Source of the DNA: Gammaproteobacteria bacterium
GTDB taxonomy: Bacteria > Pseudomonadota > Gammaproteobacteria > Eutrophobiales > Eutrophobiaceae
Direction of reading: 5' to 3'
Assembly: GCA_965116495.1 (NCBI GenBank)
Contig: OZ220696.1
Location: 1,408,001-1,472,000 of the forward strand
Length of the DNA stretch: 64,000 nucleotides
Positions 29,901 through 39,051 of the stretch are shown piece after piece (positions within the stretch are counted from its first letter, which is position 1; each line of letters opens with the position of its first letter). The notes beneath the pieces were generated by a model, which was given only the letters and a program-made list of their open reading frames with translations, was not told where the DNA came from and ran no database searches. A program made the translations under genes and the position numbers.

Positions 29901-31038
29901 CGGGTAAATCCGGTTCAGGGATTAATAGTAACGAATTGGGGGATGCCGAGAGGTCTATCCACGCGTCCTTGTCCCGTATAATTAATGTTCTTGCCACCAT
30001 TTCATCTGCAAATTCACGAGGATCTACTTTCAACTCAAGGGTGGCTTCCTGGCTCCTGAAATACACGTGACAAGCAGAAATAAAATCAATTACGTCAACA
30101 GGAGAGGATGATTCAACAGCCAGTACGGAAGGTGCCGAACCCAACCATTCTGTAAACATATTTACTGCTTTATCACGTGATGTGAGGAACACGCTTGCAG
30201 GTAATGAAGGATTGGTCGAAGCGGATAGCTTTTCCCAATACCCCTCAAGATCAACAACTCCTTCCGGTTGGAGGCCAAGCATACGGGCAAGCCAGTTTTC
30301 GACACCTCTGGCAAACTCCAACCATTCCTCCTGGCTTTCGGAGTCGTATACCCTGACATCTTTCCAGATATTCAAGTTTTTCTTCTCCGAACACCATGTG
30401 TCTTTCCCTTGCCATCTTCGCGGTGTGACAAATATAAAGGTTGCCTGTTTTTTGTCCACTCCACATGAATTTTCAGTGCGTTTTCTGAAATCCTCCTCAG
30501 CCCTTCTACACGGCTGCCTATTGACACTCATTTCCCACACACTCAGTCCCGCAGGCACAAATTCATTGCCGCGGGCTGCCTCAATGAGCCCATCCCAACC
30601 CGGAATTTGCACGCATTCAAAGGCGGGAACTTGCACACGAATAAGGTTGTCTGAATCAACAGTACCGCGAACCAACCGTCGAACCAGGAGGGGGAAGATA
30701 GATTGCGCATCAATTCGGTCAGCCCACTGTTCCAACATTACAGATCTGACCCGGGTCGATATTCTTCTGCTGCGGGGAGGTTGGGGCAACCTGTCTACAC
30801 CTTCCTTTCGCGCTAGCCCGAACAGTGTTTGCCGTTCAGTGGATTCAGGCTCCATTTTAAGCGCCTTTGCGTACGATTCCAGGAGCGTTGCAGATCTTGG
30901 CGGGGCGAGAATATTCCGTTCAAGTTTGCTGATGTTGCCCTGATCAAATCCATTTCGGCGCGAGAATTCACGCAGGGACAAGCCCAACGCCTTACGGCGC
31001 TGCCGGAAATAGTCACCAAAGCGTATTGAAGAAGACAT
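26938..31038 (-). CDS. 1366-aa multidomain protein: Xre HTH + putative PD-(D/E)xK-like domain + degenerate NTPase-like/helical region; candidate defence protein
   Basis: N-terminal HTH (RQRRKALGLSLREFSRRNGFDQGNISKLER), then GWDG...GLSVWEMS...DFRKRT...FIFVTPRRW and a long helical C-terminus. Visibly more AT-rich than the flanks. Confidence 0.75.
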   Translation of the reverse strand: MSSSIRFGDYFRQRRKALGLSLREFSRRNGFDQGNISKLERNILAPPRSATLLESYAKALKMEPESTERQTLFGLARKEGVDRLPQPPRSRRISTRVRSVMLEQWADRIDAQSIFPLLVRRLVRGTVDSDNLIRVQVPAFECVQIPGWDGLIEAARGNEFVPAGLSVWEMSVNRQPCRRAEEDFRKRTENSCGVDKKQATFIFVTPRRWQGKDTWCSEKKNLNIWKDVRVYDSESQEEWLEFARGVENWLARMLGLQPEGVVDLEGYWEKLSASTNPSLPASVFLTSRDKAVNMFTEWLGSAPSVLAVESSSPVDVIDFISACHVYFRSQEATLELKVDPREFADEMVARTLIIRDKDAWIDLSASPNSLLLIPEPDLPVDAAMITEAVQQGHHVLLCYHHFSAKYDRIHLQRPDRYALKKALLTSGLTEQVASDYARMAGGSLTVLKRSISRFPVTKHPEWSEADRARELIPFILVGSWDEISDADQRAIEKLSGKSYEKNANIVNLWLNRPDSPFLRVHEHCSLESREDSWRLLACYITRQDLLTFEELTVEILGEVDIRHDLPAEDQPYAAFHDNELRYSAQIRLAMCETLVLLACRSGNGTMQSDIKPEGKAEQIVGRLLNEETSWQLWASLSGLLPKLAEAAPEVFLSTVENDLKCESPVLKELFNDSDAPLPVAFSAYEGILGALEVLAWNPSYLTKVSLILGRLYEIGSQGQWSSSPLSSLQQVFLPWHPHTTASVEQRIKAIKKLVEKTPKAAWELLLSLMPNVLRTSSDTRMPVWRDWSLAWEQTPDHDGYWQQISACAGYLISMAGTDIERWLQLLNEFDHLPQATQKQLFDRLEQWDLTELDTVVRRKITESIRKQVIKTRASDKKRAIPPNIANRLETLQNRFEPVDLVARHLWLFASYPDGYMNLGTSSQQREEAIYQIRAQALQEIYEDGGIKEILKLAKESGRPDIVGNGYVRSALYNDTDDVIPALLTSDNEREKEFTAGIVRALFEQKDWDWVEVLPLKAWQPEQSGLFLSVLPFKRETWVWVEKQNSKARSVYWGHVRDFVRDGSKEDVEFAVTKLIHYGHPLKAIDILNMALYDGCEIDPDLVIKTLETLETARKGQIQISLEEVTESDIKYKIQELFKYLQERCSDTDTIRLTELEWVYLEFLDEYSGSSPVTLEKSLQQDPEFFCRLIRTVFHSDKKPEDNRQAFTERDKARAHQAYVLLTQWKMIPGMNNDGLINEQELMDWVRIAREKCEESGHLEVCDERIGEVLAQEPEGKDEWPSNPVRDVIDEFDSDALARGFRVGIYNKNGSVRFEGKGLRENELAGKYHRFANQCEMEWPKTAASLRRAAKDYEEEAKREDGPCLPH

Positions 31039-31056
31039 ACTAATAAAGTATATTAG

Positions 31057-31112
31057 TTGTAATTATTTTACAAATTTTCAATATGAAAAAATTATTTGTT
31101 TATTTTTTACAA
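31057..31112. promoter_or_regulatory. Palindromic operator-like boxes in a very AT-rich divergent promoter
   Basis: TTGTAA-N5-TTACAA (31057-31073), TTTTCA-N3-TGAAAA (31075-31089), degenerate TTGTTT-N5-TTACAA (31096-31112). Confidence 0.5.
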
Positions 31113-31237
31113 CATAAAAGTTTTTTTATTTAACTACCTAAATATTCTATATATATTATATAAACTCATATATTTGTTAATTATAATATTTTTAGTTAAT
31201 TTCTTTATAAAGGATTTACTTAAAATAGATTAATATT

Positions 31238-32044
31238 ATGTTTTTTTATTATTTTGGTCCGCTGGAATTCAGGTTCTTCAGCTATATCCAGGCTCGCAAG
31301 ATGCAATCTGTCGAAATCGGCAAAATCGGGTTGGAACTGGGATTAACCCCTGTCCAGGAACGTAAACTGCTGAGTCGACTATCCCGCCGGGGGCTCATTA
31401 CCAGGGTAAGACGGGGCCTGTATCTTGTGCCTCCAACCATTCCACCCGGAGGGAAGTGGAGCCCCGGTGAAGCACTGGCATTATCCACTCTGATGATGGA
31501 CAAAAAAGGCCAATACCAGTTATGTGGGCCCAATGCCTTTTATCGGTACAGGTGGACTGATCAAGTTCCGAACCGGTTATATGTTTATAATAATCGCTTG
31601 TCAGGTACCCGAAAAATCGGGCCTGTAACCTTAACATTGATTAAGGTTTATGATGAGCGCCTCGGATCTACGGAAACTGTAACTACCCCTGAGGGAATTG
31701 TTTTAAATTACTCCAGCAAAGCACGTGCACTAATGGATGCTGTCTATGATTGGTCAAGATTCAACACTCTCCCACGTGCTTATGATTGGATATCACAGGA
31801 AATTGATAAAGACGATGCCCTACCGGCAGATTTGGTGGACGTTTGTATCAGTTACGGGAATCAAAGCACGCTACGCCGTATAGGAAAATTACTTGCTGAG
31901 GAAGCAGTGAACGAGCCTTTATTGAGAAAATTGACAAAACGGATAAAACCATCTTCCAGCTTGATCCCCTGGATACCATCTAAACCGAAAAAAGGACAAA
32001 TCGATAAACGTTGGGGAATAATTCTGAATAATGGACAGCTTTGA
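31238..32044 (+). CDS. Type IV TA antitoxin, AbiEi family
   Basis: N-terminal wHTH LSRLSRRGLITRVRRGLYLVP, AFYRYRWTDQVP, RALMDAV; overlaps the abiEii start. Confidence 0.82.
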   Translation: MFFYYFGPLEFRFFSYIQARKMQSVEIGKIGLELGLTPVQERKLLSRLSRRGLITRVRRGLYLVPPTIPPGGKWSPGEALALSTLMMDKKGQYQLCGPNAFYRYRWTDQVPNRLYVYNNRLSGTRKIGPVTLTLIKVYDERLGSTETVTTPEGIVLNYSSKARALMDAVYDWSRFNTLPRAYDWISQEIDKDDALPADLVDVCISYGNQSTLRRIGKLLAEEAVNEPLLRKLTKRIKPSSSLIPWIPSKPKKGQIDKRWGIILNNGQL

Positions 32045-32936
32045 TATTGGAATCAAGATTCATGAAGATAAACCCAGGTTCCGTGAGGTACTGATTTTTT
32101 CAGAACAGCAAACAGGTTTTGGCGCCAGACTGATTGAAAAAGATTATTATTGTTCATTGGTACTACATGATTTAACGATACAAGAACAAAATTCTCTCAT
32201 ATTCAAAGGCGGTACCTGTCTCTGTAAGGTTCATGCAGATTTCTATCGGATGAGTGAAGACCTGGATTTTCTTATTTCAACCGACACTGATGCTACCCGG
32301 CCAAAACGTCGTGAATTGATTGAACCCTTGAAATTACATTTCAGTGAAATACCCGAGCGGTTACCCGGTTTTCGGATATATGAGGGGTTACGAGGTCATG
32401 ATAATTCTAAACATTATGCGAGCAGTCTGTCATATCAGTCAGTTATTACCGGAGAAGAAGAATATATAAAGATTGAAATCAGTTTGCGAGAACCTGTATT
32501 GGAATCGATTCAAAATAAAGCAGCCAAGACATTACTCATTGACCCGTTTACCGGAAGCTCCTTGGTTGATGCAATACCTGTAAACGTACTGTCATATAGC
32601 GAGAGTTATGCCGAAAAGTTCCGAGCTGCGCTGACACGCAGAAATCTTGCGATTCGTGATTTTTACGATATTGACGTTGCAATCCGATCAGGCAGACTGA
32701 CTGTAAACAGCAGCACGTTTATTGCTCTAATTCGTAATAAAATAGCTATTCCAGGGACTAACGCCATTGATATATCCGAAGACAGGATCAATATCCTGCA
32801 TAATCAGCTTGAGACAGAATTAAAACCTGTTTTACGAAGTAATGATTATACAAATTTCGATGCGAAAAAGGCGATAACAATAGTTGTCGATGTAATGAAT
32901 AGATTAAATTTGAATCCGGGAAAAAGCCCGTTATAG
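32031..32936 (+). CDS. Type IV TA toxin, AbiEii/AbiGii nucleotidyltransferase
   Basis: LIEKDYY, FKGGTCLCK, YRMSEDLDF, AEKFRA, RDFYD. Confidence 0.9.
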   Translation: MDSFDIGIKIHEDKPRFREVLIFSEQQTGFGARLIEKDYYCSLVLHDLTIQEQNSLIFKGGTCLCKVHADFYRMSEDLDFLISTDTDATRPKRRELIEPLKLHFSEIPERLPGFRIYEGLRGHDNSKHYASSLSYQSVITGEEEYIKIEISLREPVLESIQNKAAKTLLIDPFTGSSLVDAIPVNVLSYSESYAEKFRAALTRRNLAIRDFYDIDVAIRSGRLTVNSSTFIALIRNKIAIPGTNAIDISEDRINILHNQLETELKPVLRSNDYTNFDAKKAITIVVDVMNRLNLNPGKSPL

Positions 32937-32960
32937 CCCTTCGCTGGCTTAAGAATAACC

Positions 32961-33224
32961 CTACAAATCCAGCACCAGCAAATCGCTTTTTGAGCGTGAG
33001 CAGCACAGGGTCATCTGGTCGTTGGCCGCTTGCTCTTCATCGGTCATGAACACGTCATTATGTTCCGGTTCCCCTTCCAGCACGCCGGTGAGGCAGGTGC
33101 CGCAGATACCTTGCTCGCAGGACACGGGGATAATGATGCCGTGCTCGCCCAGGGCGTCGACGATCCTGACGCCGTCTTCTACGGTGATCACTTCACCGGT
33201 GCTCGCTATCTTTACTTTGAACAT
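32961..33224 (-). CDS. Stand-alone [2Fe-2S] ferredoxin resembling the C-terminal domain of VanB/PDR reductases
   Basis: VSCEQGICGTCLTGVLEGEPEHND...TLCCSRSKSDLLVLDL. Confidence 0.9.
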   Translation of the reverse strand: MFKVKIASTGEVITVEDGVRIVDALGEHGIIIPVSCEQGICGTCLTGVLEGEPEHNDVFMTDEEQAANDQMTLCCSRSKSDLLVLDL

Positions 33225-33313
33225 TTGGATAGTTGTTTTGACAAGTAGTTGGTCGGATTATCAGGAAGCCTATCATAAAGCAATGCTGGTTCGCACTAAC
33301 TGAAACCGGTTTA

Positions 33314-36300
33314 TTATTCCGGACCGAAGACCAGTTCGGGTATCACGATCTCCCAGGCATCAGACTTGATGCGTTCCTGGTACTCAGGCTTTGACTGCTC
33401 CCGTTTACGGGTAATGATTGCCAACACTTTCGCGTACAGGCAGCGCATTCCCTCCGGCGCTTCGAAAGCGGTGGTGAGGCGTCCTACCTTATTGCCGGCA
33501 TGGTCAAGTAATTCCCACCGTTTCTTCTCGTTCAGGCATGCGCTGAGTGAGTCACCGGGATGCAGCGCGGCAATATTTCGATGCACGCGATAATGGGGTT
33601 GAGCACGGCTTGCGAAGCCTAAATCGATCTTCTTGAGATCAGGTCGCTTGTAAACATGATAGAGTTCGGGAACAGGTGACGGTAGTTGTACGGGGTCACG
33701 CTGCAGTATGGAAGAATGTTCTTGCAATGAGCTGATGACATGACCCTTTCTGTTGTCAGCCTCGTTAAAGCATAGCAGCGAAAGCGTTTGCCGCGCGCGC
33801 GTCATGGCGACGTAGTACAATCTGCGCGGCGCGTCCCTGCCTTCTTTGCTGTTGCGACTGTCCCATCCTCCATCCAACACTACCACGTGATCGAATTCCA
33901 ACCCTTTGGCGCTGTGGGCAGTGAGCAGCAACAGCCCGTTCTGGCGCCCGCGCGCCGCCTGGCCCCATTCAGCCAGCCATTCGATGAACAGGGTAACCGG
34001 TATATCCGACGCCGTCTCCCCGGTTTCCTCCTGGTACGCAGTCGCAGCCTCCTGCAGCAATTCGATCCAGGGGTTTTGTCGCTGGGCTTTCAGCCAGGCC
34101 TTGAACTCAGACATTTTTACCACTTTCCTGTTGTCTTGCTTCAGCCAGTCCAGGCAGGCCTGGGTTTCCCGCAGACGCCAGAAATTCGGGAGTTCTTCGT
34201 TACCCAACTGTACTGGAATTCTCTCGTGCTCACAGAACCCGCGCACCGGATCCAGGTACTTCCACTCACGAGCAATCACCGCGCAGGACGACCAGTCCCA
34301 ATCTTGCGTGAGACTGGACAGACGTTGCAACTCCAGCATGGCTGCCTGTGCCTGCGCTACCGGATCTTCCCCCGCCGGCAGTAGCTGTACCCTGCCCTCG
34401 CCCACCGGGTCGATTTTGCCCCAATCGCCGCCATGGGGTTGTTTTGCGCGCGCCTGGTTTATCCTGATCGGATGCCCGGTTTTCATCCTGTGAGGCGCCG
34501 GCTCGATCAACGCGTTGGCCGCGCTGATGACGTGGGCGGTGGAACGGTAGTTATCCGTGAGATAGACCGGCTTGGCCTTGTAGTCCTCCTCAAAACGGCG
34601 GATATATTTCACCGAAGCGCCCTTGAAGGAGTAGATGTTCTGGTCGTCATCGCCGACCGCGAACAGTGTCAGCTTATCGTCTTCATCCGTCAGCGTGCGT
34701 CCCGTAAGAGCGGCGATGAGGTCATATTCTTCCTGGCCTATGTCCTGGTATTCGTCCACCAGGATCCAGCGAAAACCGGCCAGCAGTCGTTCTCGCTGTT
34801 CACTCGCATCTTCCGCTTCCAAACCATCGCCACGCAGCAATGCTGTCGCATCTCGCAGCAGGGAGTCAAAGACCGAATCGTCAGTCATATCATGGCGATC
34901 AGTGAAACTGGCACCTACCAAGCGCATCGCTAGACCGTGGCACGTAAGTACCATTACCCCTCGAGCATCATCACCGACCATATCCGTGAGGCGGCGGCGA
35001 ATTTCCACCGCAGCATGGCGGTTGTAAGCCAGTGCCAGGATGCCGCGCGGGTTCTCGCGTCGCACCCGTAACAGGTAAGCGATGCGATGCACCAATACCC
35101 GCGTCTTGCCAGAGCCGGGACCCGCCAGCGCCAGCACGTTGGTCTGTTCCCGGTCGTCCGCGACAATATTTTGTTGTACGGGATTATCAAGATATTCGAC
35201 AATGTTGCGCCAGGATTCCGGCGTGGTCTGGTGTTCAATTTCCTTGCCGGTATCGGGAAGCCAGTAATCCAGGAAATCATCCTGTTTCTGTTTGAAGTAA
35301 TCCAGTGCCAACTCCAGCGCTTTTTTAATATCGTCCAGCCCAAGCTGCGCATAGGCTTTCATAATGTGGATCTGTAAGATCTGACCCAGGTAATGGTCTT
35401 TGAGCGGCGCAAAGTCGGTGTTGCGAAAGCCGCGCTTGCCTTGATCCCCTTGCGCCAGGCGGATGGTCATGGCCGGACGGAATACCGCCAGGCCCTTGTT
35501 CAGGCGAATCACTTCGAGTTCGTGCAGCCACAATAATGCACGCTCCATCAGCTTCTCGGGTTTTTTCATCTCCTGTTTCAAGATGATGTCAGCGTTGAGG
35601 ACCTCGAGCAGCTTACCCAGTGTTGTCTCGGCCAGCAGATCGACACCACGGCTACCGGACGGCAGACCGTCAAGCAGGTGTCCCAACAAACATGCGGCAG
35701 CAGTACGTCGCCGTTCGGCTGTTTTTTCCAATGCCGACCAATCACGTCTCAGTGTTACCCGCACCGTCTCTGCGTCCAGTTTGCGCACTTCGAGGCTACT
35801 GCCACTGCCGTCTTCACCACGGCCATCAGCACCAAGACTGCGTAGAATACGCAACAATCGTTCCGGCAAGGCGTCCTCATGGCCGGCATCCTTAAGTTGC
35901 TGGTTAAGCTGGCGCAGGTGTAGCGGCCAGGCATCACCCTTGCCCATATCCGGCGCCGCCTCGCGCAGGCGCTCGATCAGCGCACGTTCCAACTGTATCG
36001 CTTCGTTCAGTCGTTTCTTCGATGAATGCTCCACGCCGGCATGCACAAACGCGGTCAGCACGGTGTCATTACTGGCGATCCCCAGTTTCTCAAGGTCGTA
36101 CAATGCGGCGCGCAATCCTTCAGCATTCATATCTGCAACACCGATTAACTCATCCGTGGAAATGCCCTCATCCGGATCAGCCTGCATCAGGGTTTCCACG
36201 ATGCGCAGTAACTGCTTGCGATAGTCATCCGGGATAAATGCTTTGCTGAGCCTGTCTTGTGCCTGCTCGATCGAGTTTACACGTAGAGATGATGGGAAAA

Positions 36301-38494
36301 CCTGCACCTGGTTCTCTTCCCTTGACAATAACTTTGCCTCCTCCAGCCAGGCGATAGCGGTGCGCACCCGGTTATCGTCGGTCGCCGAGTCCCGCTCGAA
36401 TTCCTTGTCCTCCTCATCCAGCAGAATCTCACCGGCTGTGGCCACCACTTCACCTTGCCCGTACTTTTTCCGGTCCAGGCGGCGCAATGCTCTCAGGATA
36501 CTGTGAATTTCGCGCCGGTTAAGTCGTCCACGACTGGATAACATGAACTGCTGCTCTACATCGTCCAATGTATAAAACAGCACACAACGCGCCGGTTGCC
36601 GATCCCTGCCGGCGCGGCCAGCTTCCTGCAGGTAGTTCTCCAGTGAGCCTGGGATATCGGCGTGCACGACCAGGCGCACGTCTGGCTTGTCGATGCCCAT
36701 GCCAAACGCGTTGGTGGCAACAATCACCCGTAATTCACCACCAACAAAACGCTTTTGCACGTCCTTTTTGCTTTCCGGTTGCAGACCTGCGTGGAAATAA
36801 TCCGCAGCGACGTCCCGCAATTGCAAAAATTTGGCAAGTTCCTCTGTGTCCTTTCGCTTGGCACGATAAATAATACTGCCGCCCGGCTCTTCATCCAGGC
36901 ACTCTCTCACCATCTGGTGGATATGGGAAAACTTCTCCGGCCCTGTTGTCGGCAGCACTTCAAATTCCAGGTTATCACGCTGCGCCCCACCGTTAAAAAC
37001 CTTCATCCCGATGTTGAGTTTGTCTTGCAGGTGTCCCACTATGTCGGCTACAACGTCCGGCTTGGCGGTGGCAGTCAGGCATATCAACGGTGGCACCGGC
37101 TCCTCACCTGCTTTCTCACGGATGAAGCGTGCCACGTAACGATAATCTGGGCGAAAATCATGTCCCCACTTTGACAGGCAATGGGCTTCATCCAATACCC
37201 AGGCGCCGATCTCGCGCTGGCTCAGCGCCCGGCGCACGGAACGGTTGCGCAACTGTTCGGGGGAGATGAGGAGGATACCGGCATCTCCCAGACGCACCTT
37301 GTCCAGCACGTCACTGCGCTCAGGGAGAGATAACAATCCGTTGACCGCGACGCTACAACCAATCCCATGTTTTTCCAGACCGGCAACCTGGTCCGCCATC
37401 AGCGCCACCAGAGGCGAGATAACTACGGTGAGTGCGCCGGTCTTGTCATAGCGGGACAGGGCCGGGATCTGGTAGCACAGAGACTTGCCGGTGCCTGTGG
37501 GCAGGATACCCAGTACGTGTTCTCCTGCAAGCGCCGTCTCGACGATGGACTGCTGCAAGGGTTTTCCCTGTACGTCTGCGGGTTCCGCCCGGAAAGTGTT
37601 GAACCCAAACCAGCGCTTGAGTTCCTTGTTTGTATCGTGCCGCTCCCTGCACCAGCCACATTTGGGGTCAGTGCAGGCGAGATCCCGCAGGCGACGCACC
37701 AGTTCACCCGCTTCGGGAAACTGGTGGCAGACCCAGGGTGGCATGACCGAGTTGCCCCCGCATACCGACAACCAGGCCAGCGTATAAGCCAATGACCATG
37801 TAAATGTCTGCCCGGCTTGCGTTATAATCTCCCTTGCCTGGATGATGCAGCCACGATCATCCAGGAGTCTTTGCAGCGCCGCCCCGGCCTCCATATCGGG
37901 AGGCCTGGATGCCTTTCGAATATCGGAGAAAACAGCATCGAAACCAGCATCGTTTTCCGTTGTGGCGGTCAACCAGTGCCAGGCAGCCAACTGATCCGGA
38001 TGGGCGCTTACCAATTTGGCCAGCTCCAGGCGCTGCTCAGTGAACACCTGCAAGGCAAGTCGTGAATCCAGATACGGATCATTCAGGCGGCCACGTATCA
38101 GTTGTCCATCCTGGTAATGTTTCACCAGACGGTGGTAGGGGTTGGCGGGGAAAGCCAGGGGACTCAAGCGCAACGTATCGATCGGAGGCAACTTCAACAG
38201 CTTAAGACCCGGTTGCGCGGCGCGCAGGTGAGGAATGTCAAATTCAATCAGGTTATGGCCCAAAAGGTAATCCGTCCCGACCGCCAACTCATCCAGCTTT
38301 GACAATGCCCTGTTCAAGTCTCTACGCTGAGAATTTCCAGGATAAACCAATGACTCATCAGTGTCCGAACGTACCGCAGCGAAAGCATGGATGCGTTTGT
38401 CCTGTTTTCCGACTTCCAGGTCAAGCGAAAGGCAGCAATGAGAAAAGCGTCCCTTTTTATTTAACGGCCGGTTCACTCTGTTCACCGATGACAA
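33314..38494 (-). CDS. 1726-aa fusion: DEDD-type exonuclease-like domain + RecQ (SF2) helicase + UvrD/Rep (SF1) helicase
   Basis: LDLE...GHNLIEFD...DTL; LPTGTGKSLCYQ, LDEAHCLSKWGHDFRPDY, LTATA, VATNAFGMGIDKPDVR, QEAGRAGRD; AGPGSGKT, LVDEYQD, VGDDDQNIYSFKG, NYRS, TAHSAKGLEFD, LYYVAMTRA. Confidence 0.93.
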   Translation of the reverse strand: MSSVNRVNRPLNKKGRFSHCCLSLDLEVGKQDKRIHAFAAVRSDTDESLVYPGNSQRRDLNRALSKLDELAVGTDYLLGHNLIEFDIPHLRAAQPGLKLLKLPPIDTLRLSPLAFPANPYHRLVKHYQDGQLIRGRLNDPYLDSRLALQVFTEQRLELAKLVSAHPDQLAAWHWLTATTENDAGFDAVFSDIRKASRPPDMEAGAALQRLLDDRGCIIQAREIITQAGQTFTWSLAYTLAWLSVCGGNSVMPPWVCHQFPEAGELVRRLRDLACTDPKCGWCRERHDTNKELKRWFGFNTFRAEPADVQGKPLQQSIVETALAGEHVLGILPTGTGKSLCYQIPALSRYDKTGALTVVISPLVALMADQVAGLEKHGIGCSVAVNGLLSLPERSDVLDKVRLGDAGILLISPEQLRNRSVRRALSQREIGAWVLDEAHCLSKWGHDFRPDYRYVARFIREKAGEEPVPPLICLTATAKPDVVADIVGHLQDKLNIGMKVFNGGAQRDNLEFEVLPTTGPEKFSHIHQMVRECLDEEPGGSIIYRAKRKDTEELAKFLQLRDVAADYFHAGLQPESKKDVQKRFVGGELRVIVATNAFGMGIDKPDVRLVVHADIPGSLENYLQEAGRAGRDRQPARCVLFYTLDDVEQQFMLSSRGRLNRREIHSILRALRRLDRKKYGQGEVVATAGEILLDEEDKEFERDSATDDNRVRTAIAWLEEAKLLSREENQVQVFPSSLRVNSIEQAQDRLSKAFIPDDYRKQLLRIVETLMQADPDEGISTDELIGVADMNAEGLRAALYDLEKLGIASNDTVLTAFVHAGVEHSSKKRLNEAIQLERALIERLREAAPDMGKGDAWPLHLRQLNQQLKDAGHEDALPERLLRILRSLGADGRGEDGSGSSLEVRKLDAETVRVTLRRDWSALEKTAERRRTAAACLLGHLLDGLPSGSRGVDLLAETTLGKLLEVLNADIILKQEMKKPEKLMERALLWLHELEVIRLNKGLAVFRPAMTIRLAQGDQGKRGFRNTDFAPLKDHYLGQILQIHIMKAYAQLGLDDIKKALELALDYFKQKQDDFLDYWLPDTGKEIEHQTTPESWRNIVEYLDNPVQQNIVADDREQTNVLALAGPGSGKTRVLVHRIAYLLRVRRENPRGILALAYNRHAAVEIRRRLTDMVGDDARGVMVLTCHGLAMRLVGASFTDRHDMTDDSVFDSLLRDATALLRGDGLEAEDASEQRERLLAGFRWILVDEYQDIGQEEYDLIAALTGRTLTDEDDKLTLFAVGDDDQNIYSFKGASVKYIRRFEEDYKAKPVYLTDNYRSTAHVISAANALIEPAPHRMKTGHPIRINQARAKQPHGGDWGKIDPVGEGRVQLLPAGEDPVAQAQAAMLELQRLSSLTQDWDWSSCAVIAREWKYLDPVRGFCEHERIPVQLGNEELPNFWRLRETQACLDWLKQDNRKVVKMSEFKAWLKAQRQNPWIELLQEAATAYQEETGETASDIPVTLFIEWLAEWGQAARGRQNGLLLLTAHSAKGLEFDHVVVLDGGWDSRNSKEGRDAPRRLYYVAMTRARQTLSLLCFNEADNRKGHVISSLQEHSSILQRDPVQLPSPVPELYHVYKRPDLKKIDLGFASRAQPHYRVHRNIAALHPGDSLSACLNEKKRWELLDHAGNKVGRLTTAFEAPEGMRCLYAKVLAIITRKREQSKPEYQERIKSDAWEIVIPELVFGPE

Positions 38495-38553
38495 CTCAAG
38501 GGTTCATGTGGATTTACCAAAATTTCTGTCACATTATATCTTGTTTTGTGCTT

Positions 38554-38588
38554 TATCATTTGATATATTATAAATTACTCAAATGATA
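38554..38588. promoter_or_regulatory. Putative Xre antitoxin operator
   Basis: Perfect 10-bp inverted repeat TATCATTTGA-N15-TCAAATGATA in the helicase/xre divergent region. Confidence 0.6.
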
Positions 38589-38598
38589 TTAATCTCTT

Positions 38599-39051
38599 AT
38601 GGCAAAAAGCACGACAAGTAAAGTATTCAGGCCTGGTACGACAGGCGATCTGTTCTGGCAACAATTAGGTGTACCCGGACGCGGCCCGCGCTTATTCGAA
38701 CAACTGGAAACAGGCTTCCACTACCGCTTCTTTGTTTTGCTGGCCGAACTGTCAGGATTACAGAAAAAACAGCTCTCCACCTTGCTGGCAATTTCTCCTG
38801 CCACCCTGGCGCGGCGCGCTAACGCAGGCCGTTTTACCCCCGCTGAGAGTGACCGGCTGTTTCGTTGCGCGGAAATTCTTAAGGCTACTATTGATCTTTT
38901 TGAGGGTGATCAGAACGGGGCATGTCGCTGGATGATAAACCCAAGTATCGGGTTGAACGGCAAGGCTCCCGTAGAGATGCTGCGTAGCGCAACGGAAGCA
39001 AGCGCCGTAGAAGACCTGATCGGCCGAATGGAGCATGGAGTTATTGCGTGA
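38599..39051 (+). CDS. Xre/MbcA/ParS family antitoxin (DUF2384)
   Basis: LAISPATLARR...FTPAESDRLFR...LFEGD...W...GLNGKAPVEML...LIGRMEHG. Confidence 0.9.
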   Translation: MAKSTTSKVFRPGTTGDLFWQQLGVPGRGPRLFEQLETGFHYRFFVLLAELSGLQKKQLSTLLAISPATLARRANAGRFTPAESDRLFRCAEILKATIDLFEGDQNGACRWMINPSIGLNGKAPVEMLRSATEASAVEDLIGRMEHGVIA

